In this document: positions 1-8,600 of the stretch, piece by piece | Position numbering within the stretch: the first letter of the stretch is position 1 | Layout: each line of letters begins with the position of its first letter | Origin: Candidatus Zambryskibacteria bacterium RIFOXYC1_FULL_39_10 | GTDB taxonomy: Bacteria > Patescibacteriota > Minisyncoccia > Phycocordibacterales > WO2-35-19 | Length of the DNA stretch: 64,000 nucleotides | NCBI GenBank assembly: GCA_001824275.1 | Contig: MHWW01000003.1 | Location: forward strand, 19,325 to 83,324 | Direction: 5' to 3' | Program-made: the position numbers and the translations under genes | The notes under the pieces: model-generated | Database searches by the model: none | Seen by the model: only the letters and a program-made list of their open reading frames with translations | Told to the model about the DNA's origin: nothing

Positions 1-1210
1 GTCTCCTCTTTTTTGTTTTATCCGAGATTTTCTTGACCACATGAAGCGGATAAAACTGATAATAATCTTTTTCATCAAACCAAGCGCAAACAAAATTGAA
101 TATTCGCAGTCCCGTGAGGCGTGACATAGCGAGTGCATACCATGTCAGCTGTTCAATTGGTTTTTCCTTACTAGCATTTGGTTTGTAATCAAGTAGATGT
201 ATTTGGCCGTTCCTGATTTGTACTATATCTATATGCCCGGTCAACAATTTCGGTAAATCAATCTCTTTACCACCTTTAAGCGTTATTTTTTTGTTATCGC
301 TTATTTTAAATTTTAATACATTTTCCATATGCTCCACATCTTCTCTCCTTATATACACCGGCACTTCGGTCGCGACTGTGCAAGAGTCGTTGGCAAGCAT
401 AAATCTTTGTAAATGTTCGTGACGCTCTTTGTTATCAGGAATTGATTGCAAGACGAACGCAGTCAAACGGTTGGCATAATTGAATTTTGAATTAACGATC
501 ATATCAGCCTTATCAAATTTACTGCGGATTTCTGACATTCTTTCACCATCTTGAAAATATTGATGGGGTGTTTCGCTAGAGACATTATCCAAATAACTTT
601 TGAGCGGTGATAAAACTCTATTTTTAAATTCATCCAACATCAAAATTGTTTTGGCTCGGTGGTAGCGGAAACGATAAAGCTGACGATGAGCCATAGTGGT
701 CACTTCAACGACATCTTTTGGGCCAAACATTTTAATCGCATAAGGCCGCAGTCTTTCATATCGGCAAAGTTCTTTGTATTCGTTTATCCAGTCTGATAGC
801 GTTGCTGGCTCCGGTGCTACGCCAAACTTTTGTTTTATAATTTTGCAAGTTTCTTCCAGTGTTAGCCCGAGATTATAATAACTCATTGATTCAATAATAA
901 TATGAAGTGGAAAATGTTTACCTTTTATATCCTGAGCTGTAAATGTCCTGCCACAACCAAAATTTCGGCAAAGATACAACTGCACTACCTGATTTTTATT
1001 TTTTCGGGTTCCTCTTTTAACAAAATTGGTTGACATACAATATGGACAAATTGAGGCATCACGAGCATTGCGAATTGTTTCTGTTTCTTCTCCTTTTTTA
1101 ACCTCACCCCCGTCCCCTCTCCTAGATGCAGGAGAGGGGGGAACAAAAATCCCCGTGATTTTGTCCCACATTTTTGTTATGCCGTTTTTTTGTGTTTTTT
1201 CGCTTGACAT
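1..1210 (-). CDS. Zn-ribbon + HTH + PD-(D/E)XK (RecB/Cas4-like) nuclease; 3' end runs off the window
   Basis: Absent from the ORF track because there is no stop in the window. Manual translation from ATG 1210 is open to base 1: MSSEKTQK...ICPYCMSTNFVKRG...LYLCRNFGCGRTF (IS1 InsA-like Zn ribbon), LGLTLEETCKIIKQKFGVAPEPATLSDWINEY (HTH), then LTGHIDIVQIRNGQIHLLDYKP...IEQLTWYALA (RecB-type nuclease motifs). Confidence 0.8.
   Translation of the reverse strand, partial: MSSEKTQKNGITKMWDKITGIFVPPSPASRRGDGGEVKKGEETETIRNARDASICPYCMSTNFVKRGTRKNKNQVVQLYLCRNFGCGRTFTAQDIKGKHFPLHIIIESMSYYNLGLTLEETCKIIKQKFGVAPEPATLSDWINEYKELCRYERLRPYAIKMFGPKDVVEVTTMAHRQLYRFRYHRAKTILMLDEFKNRVLSPLKSYLDNVSSETPHQYFQDGERMSEIRSKFDKADMIVNSKFNYANRLTAFVLQSIPDNKERHEHLQRFMLANDSCTVATEVPVYIRREDVEHMENVLKFKISDNKKITLKGGKEIDLPKLLTGHIDIVQIRNGQIHLLDYKPNASKEKPIEQLTWYALAMSRLTGLRIFNFVCAWFDEKDYYQFYPLHVVKKISDKTKKRR
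1101..1140. repeat. REP-like GC-rich hairpin, copy 1, in frame within the nuclease 5' end
   Basis: acctcacccccgt-cccctctcct-agatgc-aggagagggg; similar copies at 2571-2605 and 24538-24573. Confidence 0.65.
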
Positions 1211-1231
1211 TGTGTTTTGATTTGCTATACT
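1188..1231 (+). promoter_or_regulatory. 44-bp direct repeat, copy 1, containing an antisense sigma70-type promoter
   Basis: TTGACA(1204)-16 nt-TATACT(1226) with TGn extension; identical to 1708-1751. Confidence 0.75.
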
Positions 1232-1237
1232 TAATTT

Positions 1238-1291
1238 ATATTTGGGGTTACCCACGACTCCTGTCAGAAATGACAGGAGGTCTATTTTTTT
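1238..1291 (+). ncRNA. Candidate small RNA antisense to the pemK-like 3' end
   Basis: Follows the promoter; hairpin ctcctgtca-GAAA-tgacaggag, then a T-tract. Confidence 0.45.
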
Positions 1292-1730
1292 CAGCAATAT
1301 TATGTAATTTAAAATACATATCTCTTATTATTTTTGAATCCTTCTCATCCAATTCTCCTATTTTTTCTTTGAATCTCCTATAGTCATAAACCCTTCCCTG
1401 AGATAAAACAACATTTTGATTAATCCCAATAAAAGTTATCGGAGCAAACCATGACCCAGTTTTTGGTTTAGTAGTAAGTGGTAATCCCAAAAAAGAATAT
1501 TTGTCATATTTTTTAAATACAAAAACCGGTCGAGTAAATTTTTGATCTTTACCATTTATTTCAACCCCAACATTTTCTCCAATATAAGACCACCATATTT
1601 CATTCTCTTTAAATAACGGCGGCAAAGATTCGTTGTTATGAATTTTCTCTTTCAAACCAATCCACGCCAAAAATCTTTTAATTATATTTTTTGGTTTTTG
1701 CATATTCTTTTGTGTTTTTTCGCTTGACAT
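1248..1730 (-). CDS. PemK/MazF-family endoribonuclease toxin with no adjacent protein antitoxin
   Basis: FKENEIWWSYIGENVGVEINGKDQKFTRPVFVF...LGLPLTTK...VVLSQGRVYDYRRFKEKIGEL; start could be 1757, 1730 or 1703. Confidence 0.8.
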   Translation of the reverse strand: MSSEKTQKNMQKPKNIIKRFLAWIGLKEKIHNNESLPPLFKENEIWWSYIGENVGVEINGKDQKFTRPVFVFKKYDKYSFLGLPLTTKPKTGSWFAPITFIGINQNVVLSQGRVYDYRRFKEKIGELDEKDSKIIRDMYFKLHNIAEKNRPPVISDRSRG

Positions 1731-1751
1731 TGTGTTTTGATTTGCTATACT
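1708..1751 (+). promoter_or_regulatory. 44-bp direct repeat, copy 2, containing an antisense promoter
   Basis: Exact copy of 1188-1231; TTGACA 1724, TATACT 1746. Confidence 0.75.
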
Positions 1752-1757
1752 CATCAT

Positions 1758-1810
1758 GTATCTTTAATGAATTACACCTCCTAAGGTTCTGTACTTAGGC
1801 GGTGTTTTTT
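1758..1810 (+). ncRNA. Candidate small RNA antisense to the pemK leader and NYN stop region
   Basis: Follows the promoter; hairpin acacctcctaag-N8-cttaggcggtgt, then a T-tract. Confidence 0.4.
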
Positions 1811-2407
1811 ACTATTCACAGCCCCTCTTGACAAAGAATTTCTATCGTCTATAATGGATAGCACTGATATTCTCCCGGCCGCAAGGTCGGGAGTATTATT
1901 TTTCCTATTTAATTCGACAAATTCTCTTATCTTTTCAAGAATTAAATACTTTGTTTTCTTTAGTTCAAAAGCCAAATTACCCTTAAAACTAACGAAACGG
2001 ATATTTTTGTGCTGTTCTATAAAAACATATTTCCATAATTCAAAATAATCGCTATCTCCGCTGAAAACCATTACCTCATCCAAATTATTAAGACTTCTTA
2101 CAACATCTAAAGTTATTTCTATATCAACATTTCCTTTTTTCTGTCCATTTATATATTTAAGAGGCTTGGTTATCACTTTGGCAAATTTTTCTATAACATC
2201 AAGGTATTTCTTTGAATCGGCATAAGATGTATCGGTTTTTTCAGGTAAGGCGGCATAATAATTGAAAATCTTAACTTCAAAAATAGACCCAAAAAGTTTT
2301 TTCACTTTTTCTATGTCCAATTTCCAACCGGCTTTTTTAGACGCATAATATATATTGGCTCCATCAATAAATATTCCTATTTTCTTTTTTGCTCTATTGT
2401 TTTCCAT
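1781..2407 (-). CDS. NYN-domain (LabA/DUF88, PIN-like) putative RNase
   Basis: IFIDGANIYY...KGNVDIEITLD...VFSGDSDY acidic motifs; ATG 2407 preferred over GTG 2431. Confidence 0.85.
   Translation of the reverse strand: MENNRAKKKIGIFIDGANIYYASKKAGWKLDIEKVKKLFGSIFEVKIFNYYAALPEKTDTSYADSKKYLDVIEKFAKVITKPLKYINGQKKGNVDIEITLDVVRSLNNLDEVMVFSGDSDYFELWKYVFIEQHKNIRFVSFKGNLAFELKKTKYLILEKIREFVELNRKNNTPDLAAGRISVLSIIDDRNSLSRGAVNSKKHRLSTEP
1828..1903 (+). ncRNA. Antisense promoter plus candidate small RNA inside the NYN 3' end
   Basis: TTGACA(1828)-16 nt-TATAAT(1850), then hairpin ctcccggcc-GCAA-ggtcgggag and tattattttt. Confidence 0.5.
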
Positions 2408-2570
2408 TTTATTTTTGATGTCTCGTATCACGACTTGACCTACTCAAAATCTCACGCTTTTCGGATATTTTGGCACTTTCCGTGCTATTCGTGATATTTT
2501 ATTTGGCATTTTTGTTGACATTTGTCAAATAATTTTGCCCCAAAGGGTCATCCTCAAATTTCTTATTTCC

Positions 2571-2605
2571 TAACTCCCCCTGCCCCCTCTTAAATTAAGA
2601 GGGGG
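2571..2605. repeat. REP-like hairpin, copy 2, containing the stop codon of the giant gene; may act as a terminator
   Basis: taactccccctg-ccccctctta-aat-taagaggggg. Confidence 0.6.
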
Positions 2606-5600
2606 TTTCAGATGTCCCAGTACCGATATTGACATCTGTTGAAACTGTTTCCGATGCCGAAATTATTTCTGCTGGCGGAGTTACAATTTCTACTACCGGT
2701 TCAGCTGGCGCAGAAATTATTTCTACAACTGGTGGAATTATTATTACACTTTCAGAAGTTGTGCTTGCTGTTATTATTTCTGGTGTTGAGCTCCCCACTG
2801 CCGACGTTGCCTCTCCGTTGAGTTCATTCCCCATTACCGAAATTGTTGTCGTTGTTGTCGTTGTTTCTGATGTCGAAGTGGCTTGCGTTGTAACCCCGGC
2901 AACTTCGGGAGCGGAACGAATCAATTCTTTAAACTGCTCTTTGGTCACACAGACATCATCTACACAAACTTCTCCTTCAATATGCAAACTGCCCACAAAC
3001 AATTTTGTAATCTTAGTGAACTCATCCCCTATTTCCACCCCGACACCCTTTAAATAGACCACAATTCGCCCTAGGAGCGTTTCTTTACCATCCACGGCAA
3101 TGGTAGTCGTAGCGGACACATCATTCTCCAAATCTGCCATTTTTGCATTCAAAATTTCAAATTTAATTTCGCTATTACTTAAAAATTCAGCGGTTGAAGA
3201 AGCATACATTTCCTGTACCGATTTCACTTCCGCGATTTGTTTTTGTTGCTCTTGAATGGCGTTTACTAAAATAGGTGTGAGCTTACCATAGTCCACATTT
3301 GATGGTCGACCCTGTGCATCAAAACTAACTATCTCTGGAATTATTTTTGCCACATCTTCCGCAATAAATCCGACCTGTGAAGTTTGGTTATTGGGCATAA
3401 AACTTTCTTGCCAGTTGTAGGAAACCGGCTGGAGCTGTGCAATTTCGACCAAACCATAATTTAATGGGTTAACATTTTTCTTGAAACGGAGCGATGAACC
3501 TCCGCATTGAGTAGTTGAAGTCGCCAAGTTTCCTGTGGTCGTATTTGCACAAACAAAGTAGCCAGTGGACTCGTTGACGAGTGCCGGAAACATCACAGAA
3601 CCATTTACGGCTAATTTTGCACCAGGACTCGTCGTCCCGATGCCGACGTTGCCACTTCCTAATAATGTCAACACTGACCTTTGCACCGTTTCGCCATAAT
3701 TAACACGAAAATCTATAGAGTTGTTTGCCACACCTGAAGCATGATTTGTATATATACTATGATAATAAGTATCTGGGAAAGATGTTCTCGATAATCGCAA
3801 TACTTCTGCAAACGTGGCGTCTGCCCCACCATTTTCAATCGTAGTTATACCTTTAACATGCAACTTACTCACCGGTCCCGTCGTCCCGATGCCGACGTTG
3901 CCTAGTAAATAATTATTTCCAGTCCCATCTGACTTTAGTAAACCGTCGATTTGCAAATTACCGGATAAATCAACATATCCTTTTTCTCCTCCTAAATTGA
4001 ATGTTATATAGCTATCGGCATATAATTTAAGTTTGTTTGCTTCAGTGCCAGCAATATACGTTCCCGCATCAGTTGTATAATCAGGGTAGAATATTCCTCC
4101 ACCCCTAATATTTCCCGCCACATCCAGTAATGCCCCCGGACTCGTCGTCCCGATGCCGACGTTGCCAGCACTTGTTATTCTCACCTTTTCCGTTGGGACA
4201 CCACTATTAGAAGTATTGAAGATTAAATCGCTGTAATTTCCTCCTCCAATACTTTGCAATGCTTGTATCGAAGCAACTTCCTGATTGGTTAATGTTGAAT
4301 ATGAATTTCTAAAGTGTATACCGCCAATCTCATAGCCGTTCCCTGCCGGAAAAGCACTGATTGTCAACTGAACCGGTGTTGAAGCCGCACTACTTGAAAG
4401 ATGCAATTTACTCTGCGGACTCGTCGTCCCGATGCCGACGTTGCCACTATCTGTTACTAACACATTTGCCGTGCTCCCCGCAGCATTTACAAAAGCCAGA
4501 CCAGTGCTTCCAAGAGTGGAATACCCGATATATCCCTTAGATGTTCCTGCGTTTTTAAACTGTATAAACGCAGAACTCGCAGCAGCTGTGTCTTCAACAA
4601 TAACAGGCGTATTAGCTGCACCAGAAATATGTAACAATGCCCCCGGACTCGTCGTCCCGATGCCGATATTACCGGCGCTTGCAATGAACATTCTATTATC
4701 AACTCCTCCAGAACGAAATCCGATAGCACCACCACTTTCATAGAATCCACCCGTATCAGCACCATTACCACCAAACACTCCGAAATTAGTTTTGAAACGA
4801 ATACCCCCATTCACATCCAACTTCGCTCCTGGACTGCTTGTCCCAATTCCCACATTCCCGGAATTTTGTTGGACGATGAATTGTGAAGTACCGACAGCGA
4901 AGCCACCGGTTGAGATGGTGGAGGTTGCTGTAGTTGAAGTCGCATTGAAATTACCAAATGTTGGAGTGGAGGTAGCAACAATGACACCTGATGCGTTAGT
5001 AGAAAGTAGTGAATTGATTGCAAGACCAGAGAAAGTGAGGGAACCACCTGTAGTGATGTTTCCATTGTAATCAATTGTGAATTTAGAAGTTGAAGCAACT
5101 TTGAGATCTAATAGATTACCAGTGAAGCCAGTGATTGCATCTGCTCCTATGAGTGTTCCGGTTGAACCTACCACTGATAGTTTTGCCCATGGGGATGTAG
5201 TGCCTATCCCGACGTTGCCGGTCTGTTTTACATACAACAAGCTATTACTCGACTCATTCTCAACATTAAAATAACCAGAGGCTCCTGAAATTGTAGATTT
5301 GACATATCTCGAGTCAGATTGCAATGCTCCAATTTCAAAAACTTGTTTCAAGGCATTCCCACTCATAACATCAAAAGTGAAGGCACTTTCCATACTGCCC
5401 GTATTGACATCATTGGCAACCCAACTCATTCTATTAGATTCTCTTACATCATTAGCGGAATCGAGGTAGAAAGAGACATATGCCTCATCACCAGCAGTTG
5501 GTGTGGCTCGTTCATTTCCCTGCAACACCACAACAAGATTACTCGCAGCATCAGTAGTCTTACTAATATCAAGCAAAGCTCTCGGACTCGTCGTCCCGAT

Positions 5601-8600
5601 GCCGACGTTGCCACCAAGAGTTGCGAAGTAGGCAGAACCTGTGGAGGTGATAGCAGTAGTAGAAGCATACCCAAGAGTTGTTAGACCTGATACTGACATT
5701 GTCCCTGTTGCCGTAATGTTCGCTGCTGTGAGATTGCCATTGAAAAATCCGCTACCTGCTACACTCAACAATGCGAAGGGAGAGGTGGTGCCTATGCCGA
5801 CGTTGCCACCGTTCATTATTCTCATTGCCTCTGTCCCAGCTGGTGAAAAAGCAAAGTGATTCGCAGAAGCAGCACTTGAAGCCCAAGTCCACACCGAGCC
5901 AGAATTACTGAATGTGACAGTTGAGACGCCTGTTCTTTCAACAGTAAAGGTTGGTGAGGCCGCTGCAATGTGCAAAATTGATGTCGGACTCGTCGTACCG
6001 ATGCCGACGTTGCCAGTTGCTGCGGCAATTGTTAATCTAGTAGCTCCTACTGGTGCTACGGTATTATCATAAAAAAGAAAATTGTTATTTACGTCATTAA
6101 GCCCAAACGACCAAGTCTGACCGGGTTTATTAACTGAAATTTGACTAAAGCCGGTGTCGGATGCTGTGCTTATTGCAATTTTGGAGTAAAGTGGCCCTGC
6201 TACTTGCAGTAATTCAATCGGCGTCGCCGTCCCAATACCAACTTTTCCTGTTGAGAAGTCATAAACAAACCCTGTACCTCCGATTGCAAATCCTCCAGCA
6301 ATAGTTGAAGTCGCTGCAGTTGAAGTAGCGTTGAAGTTACCAAATGTTGGAGTTGAAGTAGCAACGATGACACCTGATGCGTTAGTAGAAAGAAGAGAAT
6401 TGATTGCGGCACCGGAGAGAGTGAGAGAACCTCCTGTGGTGATTGCTCCAGTGTAATCAATAGTGAATTTAGAAGTTGAAGCGACTTTCAAATCCAAAAG
6501 ATTGCCTGTAAAACCGGTCAGAGCGTCCGTGCCTATGACTGTTCCCGTCGTACTCAAATGTTCCACTGAAAGTTTGGCGTATGGTGAAGTCGTCCCGATG
6601 CCGACGTTGCCGGAACTTAAAATTCTCATCTTTTCACTAAAGGTTCCTGCTAACGTAGTAATGAAAGTAAGGTCTGCACTAACTGCATTAGCTACGTGAG
6701 AAGTAATTGTTGTGCCAATTTGGGTCGCAGGTTTGATGGCACTATTAGCATCAAAAGTATTAAATCGCAAACCTAGCCCGGTATTATCTGTGGTATTTGT
6801 GTTCATTAAATCAAAAACTGGGAAGCTACCGAAAGCAGTCTGAGCACTATTTGTTTGGAACAATCCACCTAAAGTATATTGGCTTGTATCTACTACATTT
6901 AGTTTATAGCTGGGACTGGTCGTCCCGATGCCGACGTTGCCGGCAAAGTAGGAGTTGCCTGTGCCGAGGACACTTAAGTTTTGAGCAATAGTGGTTGAGG
7001 CGTTAATGGTTAAGGTTTGAAGGCTTGGTGTGGCATTAAACATTCCATAAAGTAAAGCTCCTGCTTTATCTCCGCTGGTGTTTTCGCGGTCTTGGTTGTC
7101 TATGTAAAAAGAATTGGAACCAAGTTCGTATGCACCCGCATACATTCCAAACATTACATTACTATTTCCAAATAGATTATATCCTGCTTTATATCCTACG
7201 ACTGTGTTGTATGAATATGGAGTAGACCCACCATAACCAACTTTTGAACCAATAAGAGTATTTTGTATAAAGACACCAGTACCACTAAAACCAGCACCCC
7301 TCCCAATCGCTGTGTTGTCAGAACCTGTGGTGTTCGCATAGAGAGAAGAATCTCCAATCGCTGTGTTGTCGTTTCCTGTGATGTTGGAGTAGAGAGAACC
7401 ATATCCAATCGCTATGTTGGAGTTTCCTGTGGTGTCGGAGTAGAGAGAAAAAGATCCATTCGCTGTGTTGTAGGCTCCTGTGGTGTTGGAGTAGAGAGAA
7501 TGAGATCCATTCGCTGTGTTGGAGTTTCCTGTGGTGTTGGAGAAGAGAGATTGATAGCCATTCGCTGTATTGTAGGAACCTTTCCAAGTAGCACCTACTT
7601 GACCCACACTACTTTGTCCTCCTCCACCAATAAAGAGATTATCACCCTCTGAATTAGCACCTTTGTAAGTAGAGAATAAAGCATTTGTACCATTAGTATT
7701 TATATTTATATTCCCCGCAACATCTAATTTCTGGCTGGGACTGGTCGTCCCGATGCCGACGTTGCCGGCAAAGTAGGAGTTGCCTGTGCCGAGGACACTT
7801 AAGTTTTGAGCAATGGTGGTTGAGGCGTTAATGGTTAAGGTTTGAAGGCTTGGTGTGGCATTAAACATTCCATAAAGTAAAGCTCCTGCTTTATCTCCGT
7901 TGGTGTTTTCGCGGTCTTGGTTGTCTATGTAAAAAGAATTGGAACCGAGTTCATACATTCCTGCACTAGTTCCAAGAGCGACATTGTTTGATCCAGTTTC
8001 GTTTAACATAAGAGATTGCGCACCAATTGCGACATTGCTATCACCCGTAGTATTTAACATGAGAGAAGCCACACCAAAAGCGCTATTGATACCGCCTGTA
8101 GTATTAGACATGAGAGATTTTTCACCATTTGCTGTATTAGAGAAACCTGTAGTGTTGTATTTAAGAGCTCGACTACCTATACCCGTGTTCCAATATCCCG
8201 CATCAACATTATCGGTTGGTTGACTAAAGCCGGCTTGTTTTCCAATATAAAGATTTCCAGCATTATAATTAGCATCATCCGGATCACTCGCAAAGATTCT
8301 CAACATCTCCGTACCCGCCGCATCTTTTATAAAAATGCCGGAATTAGCTGGGGTGTAGTTACCGGGTGAGCCGTTGGTAGTGATAGTTAAAGGTGAGGTA
8401 TTAGAATCTCGGTTATCTATAGTCAGTTTGGCTGAAGGCGTCGTCGTCCCGATGCCGACGTTGCCTGTCGCTCTCCAAACACTTGTACCATCAGTTGTCC
8501 AATTCCCCACACCCGCACCAGCAATCAAAGAACCGTTCCAATAAAGATCACTTGAAGTATTGTAGAGACGGGAATAAGTATCGGCAGGAGAAGACGATTC

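Larger units (their letters stand above)
3631..8465. repeat. Dispersed 23-bp repeat gtcgtcccgatgccgacgttgcc (encodes GNVGIGTT)
   Basis: Exact copies at 3631, 3880, 4144, 4423, 5590, 6589, 6919, 7744 and 8443; near copies at 4651 and 5992. Confidence 0.9.

Noticed and set aside
6909..7953. Diversity-generating retroelement TR/VR pair
   Set aside because: No reverse transcriptase is in the window, both copies are coding, and the few differences are not adenine-specific
3631..8465. CRISPR array suggested by the 23-bp repeats
   Set aside because: Spacing is hundreds of bp and irregular, the repeats are in frame in one ORF, and no cas operon is present
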